From the human T2T-CHM13v2.0 reference genome, Homo sapiens, in NCBI RefSeq assembly GCF_009914755.1, contig NC_060932.1: DNA of 64,000 nt. One strand, written 5' to 3'. Positions 48,829 to 62,235 of the stretch are shown here, piece after piece; position 1 is the stretch's first letter, and the number at the start of each line of letters is the position of its first letter. A program made the translations under genes and the position numbers. The notes below the pieces were generated by a model. It was not told the origin of the DNA, did not search any database, and was given only the letters and a program-made list of their open reading frames with translations.

Positions 48829-51005
48829 TTCAATTATTATATTCCTGACAGAAGAACTATTATTTCTTTGTTGCTCCTGAAGTGCCTAGCATACTTTCTT
48901 GCACACAGTAGGTGCTTAAGACATATTTGTTGAAATGAACTGTACCCATTTTCTCTGTTAGGAAACAGGTTTTTTGGTTTTTTTTCAATGTTCTGGAAAG
49001 GGAAAGAAATTTTTGGCCACAGAGCTGGATGAGCCCGTTGGACTGCTGGCCCTGACACTGTATTGCTTGCTAAGGAGCCTGCACCTTGGCTTGGGAGACT
49101 CGAAGCCTCTGGTCCTTTACTTCCTCCCTCACACATGACACTGCCTTCTAGAAAGTCAAGACCAGCTCAGCAGACCTGACGCTCCCTCCCAACAGCATCC
49201 ACAGAAAGCACTGGTGGGGTTGGCTCCTGGCTAGGGCCGGCAAGTTCAGCGTTTGCCTAAAAGCTAGGCCGGGGCCTCAGCCGACCCAGGAAGCCTCGGC
49301 GGTGAAGCCAGAGCTGGGGCGATGCTGCCAGGCCTGGCGCTGAGCTGTGGCTCGGCCCCCTCTGCTCTCGGCCTAAGCCGCCGCAGTCGCCAGGGCCCCT
49401 AGTGTGAAGGAATTTGAGTTCTAACTTTAGGTGGCTACGTGGCTGATGGCTGTGTTTGTGAATATCTCATTCCTACTTTGGTTGCCCAGCTGGTGGGAAC
49501 AGAACGGGTAGTCATGGGACTGTCATCGTGTGCTGTCCAGGTTAACATGTAGCATTTCTATTACTATTAACAGACTTTCTGCTCCTCACTCCATCTGTTC
49601 TCTGAAATAATTGCAGTTGTACAGACCATGCCTTCGCTACAGGCAAGCTCTGGGGAAGAGGATAGTGCTTTTATGAGAAAAAAAAAGTGTTAAAAAATAA
49701 CAGCAAACATGAGAAGAGAGTGGGGATGGAGCTAGCAGCAGGTTTCCAATTTCTTTCAGATTCCGGCCTGCAAAGGTGGCGTTTTTCACACTTGTTCGGG
49801 ATGACCAAGCCCAGATAGATGGGGGTGAGAGGCTGGGCTGGCGGCTCAGTCTTTAGGACGTGGTGTTGGTCATCACGGGATTCAGCCCCAGTTGAGGTGG
49901 GTGGAGCCTTGGTTGGGCTACCCAGCTGGGAGGGGCGGGGCTCTTGGGAAGAGGCAGGGGCTTTGGGGGTGGCATGGCGGTGTCCTGCTCAAAGGAGCTA
50001 GATGGGCTCAAGGCCTGGGGGAAAGGCTGGTGGATCAAGAAGGGCTGGTGGGGAGGCAGAGGCTGGAACTAAATGACTGGTCCTATCTGGGCCTCTGATT
50101 CTCCACATGCAAAATGGGAGAGGTTCATCTCAACACCTTGCTTTCTTGAAGGGCTGTTAGGAGAATGAATGGGTTACTACAACATAGTGAGGGTTCTTCT
50201 GGCGAAAAGGACTACAAGGGATGATGAAGACTTGGTGTGTGAAATACAATAGCTACTGGTGGCACAAAACAAATACTTGCAGGGTTGAAGCCTCTGGTTT
50301 CTAAACCTAGTGTGTGTGGGTTTCTGTCTTCCCATAGGGTGCTAAACAAGGCATAACTGAGAACCACAACCTGACAGACCCTCGTGATTTGTTCCGGTTC
50401 CTTCCCTCCCACTGCCAGCTCTTCCACGTGAGGGGCCCATCTCATCCTGTGAGGCTGAAAATGGTGTTTTTTACCCCCTCGCCCAAACCCCAATTGGAAT
50501 GGCTGAGGAGGGAGGCAATGTTGAGCTTTTTAGGAGTGAACTTGTTGGGGAAAGAAAGAAATGAATTAAGGGAAGACAGCCATGAGATTTCTAAGTGTTC
50601 TTCCAATTTCAAGGAAGTGTTTTCATTTAAAAGAAATCCACAGAATGTGACCGGTCTGCTGTAAATAAGACATTTGTTGGGGAAATTTTTTTCTGTGTGT
50701 GGGACACTATACTATTCTCCATACCCATCAGAAGATTTTATAAAATTCCAGAAAGGCTCAGAGAATCAGATGAATTATATCTAACCGTGATCACAGTGTA
50801 AAACACGGTTCAGGTTTCGGATAGATTTTGCCTGTCTTCCTTACTTCATATTACCCTCTAAACTGAGCATCGTGGCCTAGATTTTCCTTGAAACTAGGTT
50901 CAGTGGGGACTGGTGGGCCTTTAACAAAGAATTTTTTAAACACACAGGTGTGGATGAAAATGTGACCCTATTGGCTGGGGTGTCCCAAAAGAACATGGTT
51001 CTTTT

Positions 51006-51170
51006 CTTTTCTTAAAAAAATTTTTTCTTCTTTTAATTTTTTTTTTTTTTTTAAAGATGGGGTCTTACCATCTTGCCTGGGCTGGTCTGCAACTCCTTGG
51101 GCCCAAGCAATCTTCCTGCCTCGACCTCCCAGTGTGCTGGGATTACAGACATAAGCCACCGTGCCCAGCC
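51006..51170 (-). mobile_element. FLAM / Alu left monomer
   Basis: Single arm with a long T-rich tail. TSD tggttctttt. Confidence 0.85.
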
Positions 51171-51659
51171 TTGGTTCTTTTGTTAGGGAATTGGAAGGGT
51201 GAGAACTGTGAGCAATTCCTGTCTGTTGAGAAATTTTCAGAGTTACCTTGGGAACACCCACATGTTCCTCTTGGGTCAAAGACTTGGTTGGAAGAATGTG
51301 GGGAAAATGTGAATCAGTTGCTTGGGAGAATGTCTGTGTTAAAGGCTAGTTACATCGCACTGGCTTTTGGTGTGTTTGCTCCCATCACCACCTTGTGATC
51401 TCTGCCAGGGACTGGTGGCTGGCTCTTAGTGTCCTCTGCTGAGTACTGTGGCCCAGTGCCTGACACACATGAGACAAACAATAAATGTGCATGCTGAGTG
51501 CATGAACAAAATACAGGAAATATATAACTAATGGTACCAATTGCCAAGGAGTTTACCACCAAGTAAGTGCCTTTTCCATAAAAAGCAAACCCTGGATGTA
51601 TAAATTGATGTAATCAGCAATAAAAGATTCTCGAAGAAATAATAGCTACCATTAGTCAA

Positions 51660-51890
51660 GCCCTTTTCAACTACATGCCAAACCCCTCATATCCCCTGAC
51701 GCATTTTATTCTGCAGCCAACACACCAGCTCAGCACTATCATCTCCATTTTAAAGAAGAGAAAACTGAGGCTTAGGGAGAAGACTGAGTAACTTGCCCAA
51801 GGGCACATCATAAGTAAGTAGCAAAGGCAAAAATCAAACCCAGCTCTGTCTGACTGCGAAGCAGCGGCTCTTAGCCACTCTCTTCTGTGG
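51660..51890 (-). mobile_element. MIR
   Basis: ccattttaaagaagagaaaactgaggcttaggga...gtaacttgcccaagg. Confidence 0.8.
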
Positions 51891-51984
51891 CCCTTTGAGG
51901 GGGTGGAAGCAGGATTTCTGTAAAGTACAATCATTCCTACTTCATCTGTCAGAGTTCTTTAGGGGGTAAATAACTTAGTGGGAA

Positions 51985-52890
51985 AGGAAATTGTATTTAG
52001 TTTTTCAAAAGCTTTTGACAAGGTTACTTTCAAAATTAAGAACCTTTGGTGCCAAATATTTTGTCATTGATAGGGAACAGCTTAGGGACAACAACTAACA
52101 AAACAGCAAACGGGTCCTTTCTCTATTCACTTCTAGGTTGCTTTCTTTTGGGTTCAACTCTAGGCCTATTTATTCTACACCTTCATGGAAGAGGAATTGT
52201 GCAATGAGGCCTCCAGGTAATCAGAGGATCAGGGAGGCCCTCTGCATGTGCAAATGCCACCTGGTGCAGATAAATCCAGGCTGATGCCAAGAGGCTATGT
52301 GAGAACAGAGAAAGTTGGCAGCCCTGTGCTAGAATGAACCCTGCATGTAGTTCTGGGAGGACAGCTTGGAAAAGGATAAGAATGGCTACAGACTGTTCCC
52401 TAAAGACACCAGCCCAAAGGGCCGCTGAGACCTGAAAAGACAATGAAAGGTCAAGCTTCACTGGGAAGGAAACACACATATATTGGTGCACTGCCTTCGC
52501 AGAGAACCATCGTAGGCCTGCCTAGGAGTGCTGTCTTTGGTTTCCAGTGCTGCTGCAGAAAGGGCCACTCAAATGGCCAAATATAAGAAACGGGCAAGAG
52601 AGAGGGAGAGGCCATGTAAGGACAGAAGAAGGAGACGAGGTATGTTCAAAGTATTTCAAGTTACTAGGAGTACAAATGTTCAAACACAGTCTTGGTTATC
52701 AAACCCTGGAAGGCAGAACTAGAGCAAACTCTTGACACTTGAAAAGGAAGCAGTTAGTACAGATAAAAGGAACTGCTAACTTACACAGTGGGTAGTCAAC
52801 TCGTCTAATTCATTATCCCCAAGAGGTGAGACAGGTTGAAAATACAAATTGCTCTTTAAAACGTTTGGAGAAACTGGCGGATGGTCGATT
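51985..52890 (+). mobile_element. L3/CR1 LINE ORF2 remnants
   Basis: gtatttagtttttcaaaagcttttgacaaggtt (YLDFxKAFDKV-like). ORF 52528 reads ERATQM...RRRRGMFKVF. 3' ttacacagtgggtagtcaac (FTQRVVN-like). Confidence 0.65.
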
Positions 52891-53324
52891 CACAGTGGAT
52901 TCTTGGGTAGATCGTGACTTTTAGGAGGGGATCCCTAAGGACTGAGAGCAGAGAGGAGAACTGTGGTTATTAAAAGTCTGGGTATGGTGGCCAGAGGCAG
53001 CATTTCCAGCCACATGGAAAACGGTTCATTTGGACCCAGGGTGCCAATTCTGATGCTCTTGTGGGGCTGAAGGAGGTAGGAAATATTAAGTGCATATTCT
53101 GAGTAGAGTGAATATGGCTTACAAAAAGTAATTGCTGCTCCCTACAAATATATGAGCCATGTCATCAGGGAGAACCTTAAAAACCTGAGTTTAAAATCCA
53201 TGGGGCTTTGGAACACTCTTGCGATGAAATGGAAGGAGCATGACTCTGTCAACAGACCAGGATCCCAACAGGCCTGCACAGCCATAGGAAGGGTGTGCAG
53301 GGCCGTTCCTACTGCCATAAGACG

Positions 53325-53944
<620 letters not shown>

Positions 53945-54861
53945 GTTAGCAACTACTCAGTTGATCTAATAGTGGAGGGGCCAGAGAAGGGCCAAGGAAG
54001 AAAGGCCAATCGAGGCAGCTGGATCCAAATGATACCAGGAAGTGGGACATGTATAGAATGAACAGTTTCCTAGGAAATGGGTTGCTCCATCTAAGTGTCA
54101 TACACAGGCTTTGCTGAAAACATTTCCTAATGTCAGGGAATCAGCCAAGAGAAACCAGGCCTGGGAGAACCTGGGGTGTACTTGACGGTGCTCAACCACC
54201 TGCTGCATGGCCAATCCATGAATGGAATCATCTAGGAAATTCCAACATCATCTAGAAAAGAGAAAATAAAATTAGCCTTATTGGGCCTGGTCCTGAGTGG
54301 ATGTTTGGAAGTTGAATGTCAGCCTTGCCCCAGACACGTGTGTTTTTCAGAAATATTCTTAAGTAATGACTTAAGCTTATGACAAGGGCCACTCCTGAGT
54401 TATCTGGGAAGCTCGAAGAGCCTGGATTCTGGATCAAGGGTGAAGACGATGAAAGAGGGAAAACAAAGACCCTCACAGGAGTGAGGCGATGCCCCTCCGC
54501 TCCTCTCATCTCTCCTCTGACGGCTCTGAAGCAACATTTCTAACAAGCACTTCGCTCTTGGGGCCTTGGCTTTTCCATTGCCAGAGCAAGTCAACTCAAA
54601 TCCTCCTTAGAAAGCACAAAAGCGCTGATTCAGTTGGAAAAGTGGGGAAAAAAATACCACTACTGAAATAATAACTGGAGTGCTCATATTGTCACAGAAG
54701 TAATTACAGAAGAAACACCAAGATTCGGCCCCGGAAATTTTCTAAAGATGCTTCTGCCTCTATAAACCGGCATTTTCCAGCTGACAGAGAAAGAAGTTGC
54801 TATAAATTAGGACGAGACTGTACTAAAGGAAATCCTGGATTGCAAGGCTGTACCCGGTTAG

Positions 54862-55171
<310 letters not shown>

Positions 55172-55880
55172 GAAAATTTCAAGTATCTCAATAAGGGGTC
55201 CCCTGCGATTTTCTTCCCTTTCACTTAACTGTGTTCTCTTTTCTCTCTCTTTTATTTTGATTTGTTTTGTTCTGTTCAGAAAGTTGGTTCTGTTGGGGAT
55301 ATATTCCTCCAGGAGTTCAGGGAGAGACCACTCCTTCCTAGCCAAGGACTTCAGAGGTGTGCCCTGGCCCACTGGCCGGGTTACTGCTTTGCCCCCAGCC
55401 AGAATCTGACGTATCTGGGATCTGACTCTGACTCCCACCCCTGCTCAAAGCCATTGGTCCTTAGTTGATTGGACCATGGTGGGCACTTGACCTGGGGCAG
55501 CCAACCCATAAGCTAGCCAGTGTATGCCCTGGCACAAGGAAAGGTGGGCCACTCTCAACCCTATGAACCAGGGCCCATTAGCAGGGGGCAGGAGAAATCA
55601 GGGTCATGGCAAACTAAAGCCCCATGCAGGCAGGGCCCCCAGGAGCTAATTTACCCAGGATGCAAAGGGGAGAGCAGCAGTATAAAGGGGAATCAGTTGC
55701 CCAGACCGCCTGAGGCCTGCCAGCTCTCCATTCTCTATCTGGTCCTCATGCATCCCCTATATCAGCCTTCTAGTCCTTGAAGGATGAAGGAAGACTTTCC
55801 AACAGTCAGCGCTGAGCAGCTCTGCAATGGGCTGCCTGGGAGTGAGGGTGGGGTTAGGGAGGAAAGTAAATCCATCATCA

Positions 55881-56165
55881 GACCAGACGCAGTGGCTCAC
55901 GCCTGTAACCCCAACACTCTGGGAGGCCAAGGCAGGAGGATCACTTGAGCCCAGGAGTTTGAGACCAGCCCTGACAACATACCAGGACGCATCTCTACAA
56001 AAAAAAAAAAAAAAATTGCTGGGTGTGGTGGTGTGTGCCTATAGTCCTAGCTACTCAGGAGGCTGAGGTTGAGCCTGGGAGGTTGAGGCTGCAGTGAGCC
56101 ATGGGTGCATCATGGCACTCTAGCCTGGGCAGCAGAGAGAGACCTGTCTCAAAAATAAGTGAATA
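55881..56165 (+). mobile_element. AluJ with a right-arm deletion
   Basis: ggaggatcacttgagcccagg; ggctgagg|ttgagcctggg. Confidence 0.88.
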
Positions 56166-57414
56166 AACCCAGCAGCACATGGTAGAGATGTTCTAGGGAA
56201 GCTTCAGAGCCTCCTCTGATCTTGCCATTCCATGAGTCTGTGTATTTTGGCAGGCTGGTCAGCTCTACATCCATCTCTGTGGCCTGCTGGGGGAAACACC
56301 TTGCCATCCTTCAGGTTGAGAAATCCATTCTCAATATCACAGGTATTCCACCCACAGTCATTCTGCCCTCATGCCCCATAAGGCGCCTCTCGCCTCCTTA
56401 AGCCACTATCAGGCATTATTGGTTTAGAAATCTGTCCTCTGATCAGATCGCAGGCTCATCTGGACAAGCTGCTCAGCTCCTCTCTGGACCTGGCACGGGC
56501 CTGGCCCGGCACAGAATGAATGCGCGAAATGACTGGCGTGGTCAGCCAGGCCCTGGATGGGCAACCTTCTGCTCCTGTATTCCTGCTTGCTGGGGTTGGG
56601 CCCGCCTAGGGGATAGCTTGGATGGCAGAGACTGGGACAGCCGCTAAGTGGGGGTACATCTAAAAGAGCTAGAGATGCCAGGAGAAATGTCCTTCTTCTA
56701 TGCGGACCTCCATCTTTGGGCTGTTTCTGGTGGGTTGCTTCTCCTGTCTGTGTCCTCAGAATGCCACCCTGCATACACTGTGTGCACAGATCAGGGCATC
56801 TGTCTCCCTCCCATGGTCAGTGGCCTCTCACAGGCATCAGGGGAGGCTGCACACTGGGAGGCAGATTGGGAGAAGCAACAGCCTGGGGAGTCCCGGGCCC
56901 CAGAGTTCTGGTCCTGCACGACCAGGGCTGGCTCCTTCCTCTCCCTGTGCCACCTTCTTTTGAGTGGAAAAGGGGAAATGTGGCTCTTAGAAGTAGGAGC
57001 TCCTGCTTTTAAAGGCACTAAACCCTGGATTGGGAGAGAATCTGGTGGCCTTGGTCAAGCCATCATGGGATCGTCATCACCCCATTCTGAGAAATCGCAT
57101 CAGGTTCCCTCGCCCCACCCTAAACCTACCTTTTCACTTGGCTGCTGAGCCTGTGATAACTGAAGTGTCACCACTGCGATGCCCACAGTTCTCCTTCTCT
57201 TGGAGAGGAGAAGGCCAGGGTGACAGGGAGTCTAGGTTTGCACCCCAAGCCAAGTAAGAGGTTGTGTCACTGATCCCCAAAGCATCTCAACTCCACTCCC
57301 TCATGAGGTTGAACCCACTGGGCCCGGAGTCTCCAGTTCCCTGCCCACATCTACCATGGCCTCACAGTGGCCAACACTGGTGAGTTGCAGAAAGGGGACT
57401 CAATACAAATGTCA

Positions 57415-57651
<237 letters not shown>

Positions 57652-60600
57652 AAAGGGGATCCTGGTAAATTGGTCCTCAAGAGAAATCACTTCCATCACT
57701 GTGAATGATGTGCATGTCCAATCCACACCCCCAAAACAAGTCATTTTTCTTTACGTTATTCCTTGACTATGCAGAAGGTGGGCCCATCCCTCTGAGGCGG
57801 AGAAAGGAAGTAGAGGAATGTCAGCAAGTCATGTTCAAAGGTCAGGGGCCCTGGGGCAGCAGGGTCAGAGCTGAAAGTCAGATCTGCCATCCTCTCCCAT
57901 CCTACCCTGGCATACAACGCTTTAAGGTGTCACTTCTGCTTTAGAGATCTCTATATTTAAAATATATCCTTGGAAAAGAGTCTTCTACTCTACCTCCATC
58001 TTTTTCTCTGCTCTCTTGAAATCTCCATTTTCTTGGAGATTTTATGAACTCTGTCTAGTTGGAAATTCAGAACACCATCATGGGGTGGCAGGAAGACCCC
58101 CAAGGGACAGGAGATCCTGGTTGCAGTTCTGGTTTTATCCCTAACTAGCTGGGTAACTTCGGGTCTCCTCCTTGTTAAGATGACAGGCTAGGTCCCCCTC
58201 TGCTTCTCATATGCTTTACTTTGAAGGCTAAAGCAGCCTGGGTTTCATGAGGCAAGAGAGAGTCACCAGGCAGCCCCAGGAAGTAGGTCCATGGTGGGGG
58301 AGGGTAAACCCTAGCCCCTGTCCCCTTCCCTACAAAGATGGTTGTCACCCCTAGGAACAGCATCAGGGAAGACTGGGTGAGTGGAGGAAGCTGAGGATGG
58401 TCTGAGTTCTACGTGTCTCCTTGAGCAACCCTGCTCAACCCCAGCCCCCAAAATGCTCCAGGAAAGATGCCTGGACCTCAGGTGGCTTCGAGAGAATGCT
58501 CAGAACCTGAGCCTGCCACTCTCAGTGGGGGTAATCGCTGAACTCTGTGAGCCAAACACCTAGAAAGAGCTGAAATGACTTTAAATGCCTAAACATTTTA
58601 AAACAAACCTTACAACACAAGGCTTTTAATTTTTTTTTCTTTTGCCCCAGTGCTAAAGCTCTCTCTCTCTCTCTGTCGCTTTCTCTTTTGGGGGGAATTC
58701 AAAAGCCGTTTTATGCCTCATTACCTGCACACTGTGAGTGATGTCTGTCGGTCCATGTGCTGTAAATACCTTAAATCATGCTTCATTAAGAATATCTATG
58801 GTGCTATTAAAGAGCTATAATAGACAACGAGTTAACAGATGATTAAAGATGAATTCCATTTGTGTCAGTCACCAGCCAGAGAGAGACGAGAGGCTGTAAG
58901 TTCTCAACTCATTATCCAAGGGAGTGCAGCTCTTCCTGGATTTGTGAGGAGTAGGGAGGCAGGGGAGGGTTGTCTGCCTGCCGAGAGTGGAGTATGGGGC
59001 GAGCAGGGTGGTGGCGATGTGGGCTGTGCCAGGGGAGGATGAGTGTGTGGGACCAGCCAAGGGGGATAGGGGAGAGGAAATCCTGTGCAGGCTCAGAGAA
59101 GGGGAAGTTGTGTGTGTGCATGTGTGTGTGAGTGTGTGCTCACTCCTGTGCAGGTGTGACAGGAGCTGTGCTGTCTGACGGTGCTGTCAGCTCTGCCTGG
59201 CTGTTCCCATGCACATGGTCAAATTCCACTTGGAGCCATAAGAAACAGATCAATTTTTGGTAGCCAGAGAAAAAGAGGCAGGTGGGAGGGAGGAGAGAGA
59301 GTTGCAAAGGTGGAGACACAGGACTCTTAGTAGTAGCTGTGGCAAGGAGAAAGGAAGGAGAAATTTCCTTTCTTCTGCTGTGTTTTCAGGGAAGAGACGA
59401 TGATGAGTGTCATCAAGAAGACAGGCAGTTGGGGAAAAAGGCAGACTGCTGAGGGAGCGGAATTGTTTCCCTTTGAAGAACTATCCGATAAAGACAAACG
59501 TACACTGTCTAGTCTCTAAACTCTTCTCAGAAGCACTAGCCACCATCATTCAGAGAGCCAGATAACCTTACACTATTTTCTCCTAATAGAGTCCAGTGGC
59601 AGGAATCTGGAAAGCAGCAAGTACCAGCTCCAGGCAGCATGTCCATGGAGCAAGAGGGCAACCCCCAGCCTCTGTCCCCTTGAGATCTTAAAGTGCTTGG
59701 GACTCTCAGTTCTGTGCTTGAGACCCTAAAGACTTCAGCAAGAATGGCTGGGTAAGGTCACATAATGAAATGAAGATGAACATAAAGCAGTTCTAATAGA
59801 TGACTTCAGTATTCTCCATGGCTATTAAACTTATTCATCCTTTAGAAGGTAATTATTCTCTCATTTTACAAATGGAGAAGCTGAGGCACTGAGTAAAAAT
59901 AGATTATGGCTACCAATGAGTTAATAGATATTAGGTGCCTTCTACTGGGAGATGCGTTTCTGGCATCTAAGACCTGGTTCTTGCCTTCAATGTGCTTTAC
60001 AGTATAGACAGGAAGTGGGGCGTCCCACTGCACAGGCAGGGAAAGGAAAGCTACCGACCTGAGGTCAGTTAGAGGGCAGAAGGAGAGGGTGGAAGACATG
60101 GCAACTTGGTATTAGCAGCCTTGGTTGAATCTGTGTGTTACTTTGCTAATGATAACACACCAGCTCTTCTTAGCACCTTCTGACCCAGACGGTGTTTCCG
60201 TGCCCACTGCCAAGTTATCCTGGCTCTGCTGGCAATGCTGATGTGTGGCATTATGTGATTCATGTCCCCAGTGCTGCTGTCGCATTCTCTGACATCCTGG
60301 GTGTCACCTGCCATGCTGTCTTGAATATGCTACTTGGCCTGGGGTGTTACTACAACTCTTCACTCTTCATATCTACTTTTTATGCAAATAAAGGTTAAAG
60401 ATGTCAAAATCTGATGCTTCTGATTCCTTTCACATACAGTCAACTCAAGACATTCACATGTCCATGGCTTTAATCTGTCATTTGTTGCTGTGGAATGCAA
60501 CTGGTTTGTGAGTGGGGTTGGGAGAGAGGACCTCAGTGTACTCCGTGAAGGAGGTGGCACATGTGGGCATTTGGTAAATGCTGGGTGGAAAGAAATAGTG

Positions 60601-62074
60601 ATCAAATTAGGGTGGGGGCAGTGGGCACAGAAGAGCTTGTGTATGACTTGTGTTTCACAGTTCACCAAATATGTCCACACATAAGGACTCCTGGATCCCC
60701 CAGGAGCCCTGTGATAGAGGAAGATATCATCCTACTCTTTAAGAAAAAAAAAAAAAATCCGTGGCTTAGAAGAAATAAATAATGGGCTTGAGGACTTGGC
60801 CAGTGAGTGATTGAGCTGGGATGATTCTTGTTCTTCTTCTTACTGCAATGCCTCCCCTGGTTTAGGGTCTGAGTTGATGAGACCCTCCTGAAAACAATGG
60901 AAAAGGTGAACAGGCAAGAGTGAATGGGAGGAATGCTTGCTGGCCAGCATCTCGAATCAGGACAACCAGTCAAAAGAGACTGCCTGATGGTGGGAAGGGA
61001 CTGAAGAGGGACTGGAAAAGGAACAAAGCCAGGGGCTTCTTGGAGCAAGCTGGTCTTCTGGGAGAACTGGGAAGCCAGAGAGCAAAGTCATGTCCAAACA
61101 GCCAGGTGAGGCGGGAGCTGTGATAGGGCTGGGCAGCGCCACTAGGAGGGGTTGTTCTTGGTCTGAAAACATCTCCATGGCAAGCGTGTGTGTGTGTGTG
61201 TGTCTGTGTGTCTGTGTGATGCTAGAAAGAGCAGGGGCTATGAGCCTAGCTCTGTCTGTGGAACCTGCCATTTGTGACTTCTAGTCTTAGTTCTTCATTT
61301 ATATGATGGAGATACTCATCCTTCCTCCCAACATGGTTTGAAAATGAAATGAAATCCGGATGTATGGAGCTATGTCTAGGCGCATACGCAGGAAGACTGC
61401 TGCATATAGTCAGTGTTACTAACAGCCACAGCCTCTCAGGACCTCAGGGAGGGGTAGGAGGAAGGGCCTCTCATTGCAATGTGATCCAAGTTTAGAAAAG
61501 AGTTGGAATAGACTTGGGTTCAGACACGGCTTCATGCCATGTCCCACTTCCAGGAAAAGAAACGGGCTTGTTGGAAAAAGAAAACAGACTCAGAAAGCAT
61601 CTTGGGCATCCAACAGTTCTTAGGAAACAGCATTTGGGCAAACATCATTGAATCAGCAACACTTGGATCCAGTTTCCATTGACAGCTTCACAAACTGAAG
61701 ATCGAGAGGCGGGGGACCTGGAAAGGCAGCCTCTTTGGGACAACATCCAAATGGATCTTGCCCTGGGTGACAGTCTCCACTCCTTTCCTCTCCTCCACAT
61801 TTGGCTTGCATGGTGCCTCTAGTAAGTTCTAACATGCAGGACTCCACGGAGACTCCTGGGCTTCTGGAAGACGGATGCGAAAGACCCGGAGCCCAAAGCC
61901 GGAACATCTGGCTTGAGTTCCAGGCGCACCAGTTATTGGGGCACTGAATGGCCCTTCTTTGTGACTTTGCATTCCAGTTCCTTCTGAGTCGATTCTTGAG
62001 AAGGAATATACTCCCATCAAGGAAGTGCTTTGGGGCCCTCAGTGAAGCCTACTTAAGGTACACACTTGGGATTT

Positions 62075-62235
62075 TGGAACTAGATGATGAGACCCAGAGA
62101 TCATCTGGTATAACCTTATTATAGGACAGAGAAGGAAACTGAGCTCAGGAAAGCTAAGCAACTTGCCCAAGACCACACAGGAAAAGCAAGGTCTTCTAAC
62201 TCATGTTGCGGTGCTCTCCCAGGGCGCCACCCACC
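62075..62235 (-). mobile_element. MIR fragment
   Basis: acagagaaggaaactgagctcaggaaagctaagcaacttgcccaagaccacacag. Confidence 0.7.

Noticed and set aside
55290-55800. Possible old LTR remnant
   Set aside because: The texture is suggestive, but I cannot match it to a family with confidence.
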